Assembly: GCA_964291235.2 (NCBI GenBank)
Contig: OZ219816.1
Coordinates: forward strand, 992,001-1,056,000
From: Vicinamibacteria bacterium
GTDB taxonomy: Bacteria > Acidobacteriota > Vicinamibacteria > Marinacidobacterales > Marinacidobacteraceae
Length of the DNA: 64,000 nucleotides
Direction: 5' to 3'
Made by a program: the position numbers and the translations under genes. Each line of letters begins with the position of its first letter. The stretch's first letter is position 1. Of the stretch, positions 48,254 through 57,179 are shown one piece after another. Below the pieces are notes generated by a model. The model did not search any database. It was not told the DNA's origin and saw only the letters and a program-made list of their open reading frames with translations.

Positions 48254-50193
48254 CCGCCGAACCGTTCGGGATCCCAGCCCAGACCGAGCGCCGAAGGCGG
48301 GGCGATGTAGCCGAGCAGGGCGGACGCCGCCACCACGGCCGGGCTCGCCAGATACCCCTCGCCGCCCCGGCCCATACGGTTCTCCCAATTCCGGTTGAAG
48401 GAGGTGATCGCCCGCATTCCCGGGCGAAGGGCGTCTTCCCCCTGTCCGAAGCAGGGCCCGCACCACGAAGCCCGGATTTCGCCGCCCACCGAACGGAGGA
48501 TGGAGGCGATCGCCTCTCCCCCGAGCCGTGGCTCGCCTCGTTCGATCTGCTTCCGGACGCCGCCCGATCCCGGAAAGATCACGAACTTCTCCCGCGCCCG
48601 GTCGTGTCCTTTTTCGCGGGCGGCGCGCACGACCTGGGCGGCGGACAACAGATCCTCGTAGCTGCCGTTCGTGCAGGAACCGATGTAGGCGCGATCGAAT
48701 CCGAGCCGACTCTCCGCGACTTCGGCCGCCGGGCGGGTGTTGCCGGGTGCGGACGGAAGCGCCACCAGGGGTTCCACGGTGGCCAGGTCGAACACCTCTT
48801 CGGCGGCGAAACGCGCGGACCTCCCGCTCGCGAGGCGGGGGTAGGGGAGATCCTGGATTCCTCGACCTTCGAAGAATCCGGCGGTGACCTCGTCAAAGGG
48901 GAAGATCCCGTTCCACGCCTCCGCCTCCGCCATCATGTTGCAGACCGTGTTGCGCCACGCGATCGGGAGGGCGCCGTTCGGATCCACGAATTCCACGGAG
49001 TTTCCGGCAGCCGCCCCGTTCCACCTCGAAATGAGCGCCAGCACGACGTCCTTCCCGGACGACCAGGGCGGGATCTCGCCGGTCAGGACCACCCGGCGGG
49101 CCGGCGCCGGAGTGAGGAGGACGCTACCCGTGGCCCAGCCGAAGCCGAGCGCGCTCGATCCGATCCCGACGCCGAGCGCGCCGTAGGCGCCGTAGGCGCG
49201 GCTGTGACTGTCGGCGCCGGGGATCACGGCGCCGGGCATCACGAGCCCCTGCTCGGGAAAGTAGAAGTGGAAGATCCCGTCTCCCGGAGTTGCGAACCAC
49301 GGAGGGTGGAGGTTCTCGATTTCGGCGAATTTTCGACTGATTTCGGTCTGCCGGTCGTCCGCCTCACGCCCGGTGAAGACGAAATGGTCGTTGGCGATGG
49401 CGGCCTGTCGGGGATAGCTGGCGCCTCCGGTGATTTCGCGGAAGGTGTGGATGGCGAAGGGCGCGGTGCCGTCGGAGGCGGGCAGGAGGTCCGCCGTCAC
49501 CAGGATGCTCTCCCCGACCGCGACCGGAGCCTGCCGATCCACCCGGTGGGCCCAGAGGATCTGTTCGGTCGTGGTAAGCCGGTGGCGCGCTCTTGGAGCG
49601 GGCCATTCGATTTGGGGCTCGGTGGCTACGGAAGCCAGGAATTCCCGGCGCCCGGCGGTGAGGATGCCGCCGCTTGCCCGAAGGTCGCTTTCGCGCCCGC
49701 TAAGCGGTTTGGGTTCGTAGGAACGGCCGAGCGAGTCGTTCGTGAGCCGGCGCGTCGCCGGAAGGAAGGTGAACCGGTGGCCATCCCGCGCGTCCTCGGC
49801 CGCGGCGGGGCATTCCAGCACCTCGAGGCCCAGGTTCAGGGCATTTCGGCGGAAGATGTCACCGACTCCGCGGCCGAGTACGAGCACCAGCGTAGTGCCG
49901 GCATCCCGCGCGATTCCGAGAAGGCCCGCGGGGCTCATCTCCCTCGAGGAGCCGATGCCGAACCGCTCTCCCGCGACCACGAAGTTCTGTCCGGACCGGA
50001 CGCGGGCCGCAAAGTCGGGCATCAGGTGGCGAAAGGCGCCGGCTTTCCACCGCGCGTCGAGAGCGTCCAGACTCTCGGAAACGCAATCGGCGGAAGGCGT
50101 GATCTGGTCGGTGTCGATCGCGTCGCGCTTTCTGCCGGGGCGTTTCGCGTCCCAGAAGATGAGCGCCTCTCCGGTCACGGGAGTCGCCGACAC
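48250..50193 (-). CDS. Aconitase-family hydro-lyase with LeuD-like swivel domain N-terminal to a LeuC-like Fe-S domain
   Basis: IDTDQITP, FGIGSSRE, IFRRNALNLG; then DH, GADSHS, NM.AE, IGSCTNG, CGPC, NRN; GTG start at 50193 assumed. Confidence 0.85.
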   Translation of the reverse strand: MSATPVTGEALIFWDAKRPGRKRDAIDTDQITPSADCVSESLDALDARWKAGAFRHLMPDFAARVRSGQNFVVAGERFGIGSSREMSPAGLLGIARDAGTTLVLVLGRGVGDIFRRNALNLGLEVLECPAAAEDARDGHRFTFLPATRRLTNDSLGRSYEPKPLSGRESDLRASGGILTAGRREFLASVATEPQIEWPAPRARHRLTTTEQILWAHRVDRQAPVAVGESILVTADLLPASDGTAPFAIHTFREITGGASYPRQAAIANDHFVFTGREADDRQTEISRKFAEIENLHPPWFATPGDGIFHFYFPEQGLVMPGAVIPGADSHSRAYGAYGALGVGIGSSALGFGWATGSVLLTPAPARRVVLTGEIPPWSSGKDVVLALISRWNGAAAGNSVEFVDPNGALPIAWRNTVCNMMAEAEAWNGIFPFDEVTAGFFEGRGIQDLPYPRLASGRSARFAAEEVFDLATVEPLVALPSAPGNTRPAAEVAESRLGFDRAYIGSCTNGSYEDLLSAAQVVRAAREKGHDRAREKFVIFPGSGGVRKQIERGEPRLGGEAIASILRSVGGEIRASWCGPCFGQGEDALRPGMRAITSFNRNWENRMGRGGEGYLASPAVVAASALLGYIAPPSALGLGWDPERFGG

Positions 50194-50323
50194 CGACGCG
50201 CGCTGATCGCCGGCGGCCGGCGGGAGCGGCACGCCGGGCTTTCTCCGTCCGGGCTGAATGCGCACGGTTTTGAGTATAGAGACTGCCCGCGGAGGAGTTC
50301 CGTCGCCCCCCAGCACGCTCCGG

Positions 50324-51532
50324 ATGATCGAAACCGGGGCTGCGGTCACTAGAATCCGCCCCGTCTTGGGGCGTTCCTCTTTGCTGTTGCTAGCCGGGTT
50401 GGTGGCCTTGGCCCCCTTGACGGCAGTCGCGGGGCAGTCGTCCCCGGCGCCGCCTCAAGAGGCAGCGCCTCTGCCCATCTTCCTGCTGACGATGGGCCCC
50501 GACCATTCCGTGATCTTTCGCAAGTGGGGACACTCGGCCCTCTGCGTCGGGGATCAGTGCCTGAACTACGGGGTTACCGATTTCTCGCGGCCGCTGGGGC
50601 TGGTCCGGGATGTCCTGGAAGGCAAAGCCGTGTTCTGGGTCTCCGTCTCCCGCTACCAGGATCTGGTGGCGGCCTATGCCCTCCATGACCGGAGCATCTT
50701 TCGACAGGATCTCGAACTCTCCGTCGAGGCGCGGCAGGCGCTCCTTGCCCGCGTGGCCCATGACGTGGTGCCGGGCCAGAGCGACTACATCTACGACCAC
50801 TTTCACGACAACTGCACCACCCGCATTCGCGACTATCTCGACGAAGCCACCTCCGGCCGTCTCCGGGAACCGATCGCGCTGCCGACTCCCTTCACGGCCC
50901 CCGGCGAGGAGCCCACGTTTCGGGGCCACATTCGCCGCGGTCTCTACGGGGATCCCTTCCTGCTCTGGCTCACCGATGTCGGAGTGGGTTCGATCGTCGA
51001 TGAGCCCGTGTCGTCCTTCGATGCCATGTTCCTGCCCGGTGCGCTGCGCCACGGGGTGGAGCAGGCATTCGATGCAGCGCCGACGAGACTCCACACGGGA
51101 ACCTATGGTGACCTCCTGCCTCCCGACCCGGGAAGCGGTCCCTATCTCCCGTGGCTCCTGGGAATCGGGCTCCTCCTGAGCGTGCTCATCCTGGCGCCGG
51201 GCGCGGCGGCCGTGCCGCGGCTCGCGATCGGCGCGACGGCGTTCGTGACGACACTCGTGGGAGTGGTGGCCGCGGCCGTGCTTCTCATGAGCCCGCCTCC
51301 CGAATTCCGCACCAGTCTCGTCGCTTTCGCCATTCCGGCCAGCGACTTCCTGCTCGCCACCCGCCACGCGCGCTGGTACGCGCCGCTCCGGCTCGTGTGG
51401 GGTGCCGGGTTCCTGGTGGCCCTCGTTGCGGGTGTCCTGCGTCAGCCTCTCGGCTGGACCGTGCTCGCTACCCTCCTCCCGGTGGCCGCCATCGCGTGGC
51501 GCCAGCGACGGCCGGCGAATGCCGCCGCCTGA
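50324..51532 (+). CDS. DUF4105 / Lnb-like periplasmic domain with C-terminal TM segments
   Basis: LLTMGP, WGHSAL, NYG..DF, Y.YDHFHDNCTTRIRD, MFLP; start uncertain (50324-50366). Confidence 0.75.
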   Translation: MIETGAAVTRIRPVLGRSSLLLLAGLVALAPLTAVAGQSSPAPPQEAAPLPIFLLTMGPDHSVIFRKWGHSALCVGDQCLNYGVTDFSRPLGLVRDVLEGKAVFWVSVSRYQDLVAAYALHDRSIFRQDLELSVEARQALLARVAHDVVPGQSDYIYDHFHDNCTTRIRDYLDEATSGRLREPIALPTPFTAPGEEPTFRGHIRRGLYGDPFLLWLTDVGVGSIVDEPVSSFDAMFLPGALRHGVEQAFDAAPTRLHTGTYGDLLPPDPGSGPYLPWLLGIGLLLSVLILAPGAAAVPRLAIGATAFVTTLVGVVAAAVLLMSPPPEFRTSLVAFAIPASDFLLATRHARWYAPLRLVWGAGFLVALVAGVLRQPLGWTVLATLLPVAAIAWRQRRPANAAA

Positions 51533-51539
51533 TCCTTCC

Positions 51540-52886
51540 ATGCCCGCGAATCCCGCATCGCTGATCGAGGCCTCGCTTCGTCGCCGCAGTATGCCTGCGG
51601 CGTTTCGGCGCGGATTCCTCCGCTCGGTAGGCGCCGCCGCTCGCGGGCCGTGCCACCTTGGGGAAGCGGCCATCGAGCCGGTGACGGACCTCGCGCGCAT
51701 CGTCCCGGCGGGACGGACCGCATCGGCGCAGGAGTGTGCGCGCACGGTCGCGATCACCCTGAACGGCGGACTCGGAACGACGATGGGGATGCGGGCTCCG
51801 AAGGCGCTTCTCTACGCGACCGAGAACATGACGTTCCTCGACATCGCTCTCAGGCAAGCGGAGGCCGCCGGGGTCCGGTCGGTTCTGATGAACAGCTTTG
51901 CGACCGACGCGGCAGTTCGGCAGGCCGTGGGGGAGCGGGACGCTCGGAGTTTCCTGCAGCACGAGGCGCCGAAGCTCCGGCGGCGGGATTTTTGCCCGGT
52001 GCAGGTGCCCGAGCGGCCGGACCTCGAGTGGTGCCCACCCGGCCACGGCGACCTCTACACCGCGCTCGGCACGAGCGGCGTCTTGAAGGATCTGCTGGAC
52101 GAAGGCTTCCGCTACGCCTTCGTCTCCAACGTGGACAACGTGGGAGGCTGTCCCGATCCCGTGCTGCTCGCCCACTTCATCGGGTCCGGGGCGCCGTTCC
52201 TCATGGAGGTCGTCCGGCGGACGGCCGAGGATTGGAAGGGGGGGCATCTGGCCCGGCGGCGAAGCGACGGACGGATGGTCCTGCGGGAGACGGCGCAGTG
52301 CGCCCCCGAGGACCGGGACGCTTTCCGTGACCACGAGCGGTACTGCTACTTCAACGCCAACAATCTTTGGCTGCGGCTCGAGGCGCTTCGCGACGCCCTG
52401 GATCACGAACGGGGATTCCTCCCGCTTCCCACCATCGTGAATCCGAAGACCGCGGATCCGCGCGATCCCGCTTCCACGGAGGTGTTCCATCTGGAGCAGG
52501 CCGCCGGGACGGCGCTCGAAGTCTTCGAGGGGGCTCAGGCCGTCGAGGTGCCGAGGCGTCGGTTCGCGCCGGTGAAGACGACCGAGAACCTCCTGGTGCT
52601 CCGCTCGGACATCTACGCGATCGACGAGAACGGCCTCGTGGAACCCGCCCGCGAGCCACCGCCGGTGGCGCTTGACAGGGAGCGGTACCGCTTCATCAGC
52701 GATCTCGAAGCCCGTTTCCCATACGGGCCGCCTTCGCTGGTCGCCTGCGACCGGTTTCAGGTCAGCGGCGACGTCCGCTTCGGGAAGCAGGTGGCGTGCG
52801 AGGGGGAGGTGACGGTTCTGGGCCATCGGGACCGTCCCTCCCGCATTCCGGACGGGGCCCGCCTCCGGGGCGTGGTCCGGGTCTAG
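51540..52886 (+). CDS. UTP-glucose-1-phosphate uridylyltransferase, eukaryote/UgpA type
   Basis: LNGGLGTTMG, MNSF, WCPPGHGDLY, SNVDN, KGGH, FN.NNLW, RFAPVK. Confidence 0.9.
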   Translation: MPANPASLIEASLRRRSMPAAFRRGFLRSVGAAARGPCHLGEAAIEPVTDLARIVPAGRTASAQECARTVAITLNGGLGTTMGMRAPKALLYATENMTFLDIALRQAEAAGVRSVLMNSFATDAAVRQAVGERDARSFLQHEAPKLRRRDFCPVQVPERPDLEWCPPGHGDLYTALGTSGVLKDLLDEGFRYAFVSNVDNVGGCPDPVLLAHFIGSGAPFLMEVVRRTAEDWKGGHLARRRSDGRMVLRETAQCAPEDRDAFRDHERYCYFNANNLWLRLEALRDALDHERGFLPLPTIVNPKTADPRDPASTEVFHLEQAAGTALEVFEGAQAVEVPRRRFAPVKTTENLLVLRSDIYAIDENGLVEPAREPPPVALDRERYRFISDLEARFPYGPPSLVACDRFQVSGDVRFGKQVACEGEVTVLGHRDRPSRIPDGARLRGVVRV

Positions 52887-52912
52887 CCGCCTCTGGCAAA
52901 ACCCAGCGGGCC
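52884..52912 (+). repeat. Lone MITE-A-like left terminus at the UGPase stop codon
   Basis: TAGCCGCCTCTGGCAAAACCCA versus family TAGCAGCCTGTGGCAAAACCCA; downstream interior diverged. Confidence 0.5.
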
Positions 52913-53110
52913 GTAGGGCCGTGGGCCGTTCCCTCTGCCGAGCGCGGGCGGTTCCTTACCGATCGCCTTCACGGAGCCCCGCCGGGAGGGAAACCATCCG
53001 GCGTCGATCTCTGCGGCGCACGTATGAAAAATCCACGTCGCCCTTGCTGAGGTCGATCGCCACGCGGCGGGCGCAGCACATCCCGCGCGACTCGGGAAGG
53101 ACCGTGTTCG

Positions 53111-53401
53111 CTAAGTGGGGCGGCCCGTCAGCCAGTTCCATGGCTGGATCCGGGATTGGGAGAAGAGGCCAGCCTCGCCAAAGGGGCTGTGAGCGACGAA
53201 GTTCCGCGCCACCTCGAGTGAGGGCGCCTCGATGATCATGAGGCCGCCGACCACGGCCTGTGCGTCGTCATCCAGTGTCGCTCCCCCGTGATGGAGGGTC
53301 ACGCGCGAGTGGCTTTGAAGGTAGGCCTTCATTGCGTCGGATTCTCTGCGCCGGGTCGCTTCCATGCCGACCGTGTGGACGTTCCAAACGACAAAGTACA
53401 T
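53111..53401 (-). CDS. YciI-family protein
   Basis: GG.TLDDD....VGGL.I.EAPS.E.A..F....PF...G; AAGGAG RBS; the usual YciI His is not evident. Confidence 0.7.
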   Translation of the reverse strand: MYFVVWNVHTVGMEATRRRESDAMKAYLQSHSRVTLHHGGATLDDDAQAVVGGLMIIEAPSLEVARNFVAHSPFGEAGLFSQSRIQPWNWLTGRPT

Positions 53402-53633
53402 GTTGGTCTCCTTTTGTAGAGCGGTTGATTCATCAGTACACGAACAACCGTGCGCACAGCATACCGACGCATCAGAGGCCGCCGGTCCCGGGGTCGCGGG
53501 GACGACGGCCAGGGCCCCGGAGACGAACGCGGCGCCGTTTCGGCGCCGACATGAGGCCAGGGAGTCGTGGCGTCCGGTTCCCCGGCGCACGCGGCCGCGG
53601 CGACCAGCGGGGTCAGGGTCGCGAGGAGTCGTT

Positions 53634-55871
53634 TCAGGATGGTGACGTGGGTCCCGGTCTCGGGGAGTCCTGGGGTAGGGGAGCCGCGGCTTCGGCTTCG
53701 AAGCGGGCGGCGAGGAGGTAGCGGTACAGGTCAAGCGCGAGCCGTCCGCGGTGCTCCTCCAGCCAGCGCCGGGCGGACGGCGCGAGCACCATGGTCTCGC
53801 AGGTCCCCTCCGCCAGCACCGTGGGCGCGCTCTCGTCGGAAGGGGCCACCGGCCAGATCGCGTCGCCGGGGCCGTACTGAAGCAGGCGCGCCCCTTCGGC
53901 TCCAAGGGCGGAAGCCCGGCCGGAAGTCAGCAGTTGCAGGCCCTCGCTCGCCACCCCCGGACCGGCGAGAATTTCCCCGGCGGCGTAGCGGCGCGGGTGC
54001 AACCATTCTTGCAGTTCGTCCATCAGGTCTTCGAAACGGATCTGGCGCTCTAGATGACGCTCCAGATCGTCGGCGGTGCGCTCGAACAGCGCGGCGCGGC
54101 GCTCGTCCACTTCGCTCGCCTTCGCTCTCCACGCTTCGATGAGGATTTCCTCACAGCACTCCAGCGCGCGGTCGGTGTTCGGCTCGATCCGGACCGCCGC
54201 AAACTCCGGTGCGGGAAGGTTGCGCTGCAGGCCTCTGCCGAGTTGCTCCGAAGGCGCGCCCAGCACCACGTTCACCCCGGCGGCGTTCGCTGCCCGCAGG
54301 AACCTCGCGAGGACGTTCACCGCCGAGAAGTCGGAGCCGGACACCTTCGTGAAGTCAAGCAGCAGACAGGCCGGCCGCGGATCGCCGCTCAGGGACCTCC
54401 GGAGCTGATCGGCCAGCGGGGTCACGCTGCCGAAGAAGAGGTAGCCGCGTAGCCGGTATCCGAGGAAGCGCCCGCCCTCCTCCAGCAGGATGGCGCGATC
54501 CGGGACCGAACGCGCCCTGGTGCTCCGGAGTTCGCGCGCGCTGAAGCGCGATTCGATCGGGTCCACGCGGCTCAGGCGCACGGCGAAGAACACGAGGGTC
54601 GCCAAGATGCCCGTACCCACACCCTCGAACAGGCCGAACGCGACGATGACCACCGCGATCAGCACGATGATGCCGTACTCCGACCCGGGGAGCCGCTTTC
54701 GGCTCTTGACGAGCCCTTCGTCCAGCATGCTGAAACCGGCGAAGAACAGGATGCCTCCCACGAGCGCTACCGGGACCAGTTCCAGCATGCCGTCGCCCAG
54801 GAAGAGCGCCGCCGCAATTACGAGCGCGGCGACGACGCCGGTCAGTCGGGTGGCCGCTCCGAACAGCTTGCTGCGTAGCGATGCCGGGACGATCATGCTT
54901 GCGGCGGTGCCTCCGCCGAAACCGGCCACCACGCTGGCGAGCCCCGTGGCGCGAAACTCGCGGTCCCAGTCCAGATCCTGGTTCGCGGCCATCTCGAGCC
55001 CGGCGAGATTCATGATCACCACGATGAGCGCGACCAGTACCAGCATCAGCATGGTCGGTAGCTGCGGGACCATCGCCCCCCAGTCCACCAGTCCCAGATC
55101 CGCCGGATGCAGGGCCGGCCACAGGTTGCCGTCCGAAGTGCTCGCCAGCAGGAATCCCGCCGTCCTCGCCTGGTCGCCGGAGATGTCGAGGGTGGCGAGT
55201 CCGAGGTGGTACCCGCCAACGGCGAGCGCAACGCTGACCGGCAAAATCCAGGAGCGGCGCCACCGCTTCATCGAGAGGTAGAGGGCGAGCCCGAACGCCG
55301 CTCCGGGAGCCCACTTCCACAACTGCGGGGTTTGCACCAGCGCCGGAATCGTGCGCCAGTCGGGTTCCGCCCCCATCAGGGACATGGCGGCGAGGCAGAC
55401 GGCGGCGCCGATGCCGGCCACGAAGCCACCTGCCACCGGATAGGGGACGAAGCGCACCAGGTTGGCGAGCCGGTAGCGCCCGATCAGCAAAAAGAACGCG
55501 CCGGTGATGACGGCGCTGATCATGAGGGCACTGGTGGCGGTGACGAACAGCACGTCGCCTTCGACAGCTATCGTGGCGCCGATCAGCGCCATCACCACGA
55601 CCAGCGCCGGGGACAGCCCCGAGATCGCCCCGCGAAAGCCGCCCGCCAGGGCGATGACCAGGCAGGCGGCGAAGTTCCCGAACAGCACCAGGCCGACACC
55701 CTGGGACGCATACGGCGCCAGCGGTCCGGAAAAAATGAGGGTCCCGTAGGCGATCTGCGCAACGAGCAGACCGAGGCCCGTGGTCAAGCCCGTCACCAGT
55801 GCCGGGACGGCTTTCGGCGACCCGGCATCGGCGCGAAGCTCCGATGCGAGATTGCGTAACCGGGACATCAT
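53634..55871 (-). CDS. SulP-family anion transporter with STAS and cNMP-binding-like domains
   Basis: VRFVPYPVAGGF.AG, DREF.A.G, LRGYLFFGS, LLDF..V.G.DFSA, C-terminal cNMP-like segment. Confidence 0.85.
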   Translation of the reverse strand: MMSRLRNLASELRADAGSPKAVPALVTGLTTGLGLLVAQIAYGTLIFSGPLAPYASQGVGLVLFGNFAACLVIALAGGFRGAISGLSPALVVVMALIGATIAVEGDVLFVTATSALMISAVITGAFFLLIGRYRLANLVRFVPYPVAGGFVAGIGAAVCLAAMSLMGAEPDWRTIPALVQTPQLWKWAPGAAFGLALYLSMKRWRRSWILPVSVALAVGGYHLGLATLDISGDQARTAGFLLASTSDGNLWPALHPADLGLVDWGAMVPQLPTMLMLVLVALIVVIMNLAGLEMAANQDLDWDREFRATGLASVVAGFGGGTAASMIVPASLRSKLFGAATRLTGVVAALVIAAALFLGDGMLELVPVALVGGILFFAGFSMLDEGLVKSRKRLPGSEYGIIVLIAVVIVAFGLFEGVGTGILATLVFFAVRLSRVDPIESRFSARELRSTRARSVPDRAILLEEGGRFLGYRLRGYLFFGSVTPLADQLRRSLSGDPRPACLLLDFTKVSGSDFSAVNVLARFLRAANAAGVNVVLGAPSEQLGRGLQRNLPAPEFAAVRIEPNTDRALECCEEILIEAWRAKASEVDERRAALFERTADDLERHLERQIRFEDLMDELQEWLHPRRYAAGEILAGPGVASEGLQLLTSGRASALGAEGARLLQYGPGDAIWPVAPSDESAPTVLAEGTCETMVLAPSARRWLEEHRGRLALDLYRYLLAARFEAEAAAPLPQDSPRPGPTSPS

Positions 55872-55874
55872 CCT

Positions 55875-56122
55875 GAACAGCCGGTAGGGAAGGTGGCGTC
55901 AGCACCGAAGACGGGGAGAACCGGCCCGGGTGTAGTTCGACCGAAACGCAACCATGAGGACCGCCTGGCGGCCGCTTTCAGGCGGGATGCATCGCCGTTC
56001 CCCTCCGGAGGGGGGCGAGAGCCCCGCACCGGGCCCGGAGCGAGAGGGGCAGGGGGTGGGCCTACCCGGTCCCCATCCCTGTTGGCTTGGGCATGCCGCG
56101 TGACGTTCTGCAAAGGCCGTTT
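55875..56122 (-). mobile_element. MITE family A, degenerate long reverse copy with hairpin module
   Basis: Reverse strand shows CACGCGG..CCC.AGCCAA...CTCTCGCTCCGGG...GCGATGCATCCCG..GTTGCGTTTCGGTCGAA, collinear with copy 4. Confidence 0.7.
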
Positions 56123-56402
56123 GGGTCTCCGGCGAGCGGGTTCCGCGCCGCCGACCGAAATCGTTCGCTCCCCCGGTCCCCAGCAGCAGAATCGACTTGC
56201 TTCAGGGGGAGCATACGGGAGGCGACGTGATGGCGCTCGCCGCGCGCCCGTTTCCGGAATCGGACAGGCGCGCCCCAGGATCGTTCAGACGGGCACCGTT
56301 GTGCGCAGGGCCGCGGAGATGTGTACAGCGGCGCTCCTTCAGGGGATGACCGCATTCCCCCCGGGCGGTCCCGGCTAGAATCCGCGCTTCCCAACTCTCC
56401 TC

Positions 56403-57089
56403 ATGCGCGGCGAACAACGACACAAACTTGAGACCGATGCTCTCCTGCTGCGGGTTGAGCAGGCGGTGGACTGGGCGCAGGCGAATCGCCGGAGCCTGGT
56501 GACCATCATCGCGGCCACGGTCGGAGTCGCCCTTCTGGCCGGAGGTCTGCTGGTGAACCGGAGCAACCGGAAAGAGGCGGCGCGGACCAGGCTCGGAGCC
56601 ATCACGACCGAGATCCAGCAGGTGACCGGAGGAGTCGAGGGCCAGCGCGGACCGTGCGAGGCCTCCCTCTCCGAACTCGAACGGCTGGCCGAAAGTGAAG
56701 GAAATTCTCTGGAGGGCCGAACGGCGCGCTACTACGCCGGGGTATGTCAACGCGCGCTCGGGGACTACGACGAGGCCGCCGCGAGCTTCGAAGCGGCTCG
56801 GGGGCGCAGCGATCTGCTGGGCGAGTTGGCCACGCTCGGTCTTGCCGGGGTCCAGCGCACCTCCGGCATGGGCGAGGAGGCTGCTCTTGCGTATCGCAGT
56901 CTCCTGGACGGGGGCGGTGAACTGCCTCTGGACCCGGTGCTGTTCGAACTCGGGGTCCTCGAGGAGGAACAGGGACGGCCGGAAGCGGCGAGCGAACTCT
57001 ACGAGCGAATTGTCGAGGAGTATCCCGCCTCCGCTTTCCGGGACCTTGCGGAAACCCGCAAGGAGCGACTCCCCGACCTGTCCCGCTGA
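56403..57089 (+). CDS. YfgM-like membrane-anchored TPR protein
   Basis: RHKL..D N-terminus, one TM segment, TPR-like helices, YP.S.F; TAGAAT upstream. Confidence 0.75.
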   Translation: MRGEQRHKLETDALLLRVEQAVDWAQANRRSLVTIIAATVGVALLAGGLLVNRSNRKEAARTRLGAITTEIQQVTGGVEGQRGPCEASLSELERLAESEGNSLEGRTARYYAGVCQRALGDYDEAAASFEAARGRSDLLGELATLGLAGVQRTSGMGEEAALAYRSLLDGGGELPLDPVLFELGVLEEEQGRPEAASELYERIVEEYPASAFRDLAETRKERLPDLSR

Positions 57090-57179
57090 CCTGACCGTTC
57101 TCGCTGACCCTGCCGGTCCCACCGAGGTGGTTGCGCGCCCGGTAGGGCAGCCCCGCCGGAAGGCCGGGAAGACCTTGGT

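Noticed and set aside
52913-53110. Complete MITE A copy or structured ncRNA between UGPase and yciI
   Set aside because: Only the left terminus matches; the interior and right end could not be aligned by eye and no known RNA motif was recognised
55910-55930. GGGGAGAACCGG as a ninth copy of the 18-bp unit
   Set aside because: It aligns with the degenerate right arm of the MITE itself and lacks the CCCCACC half
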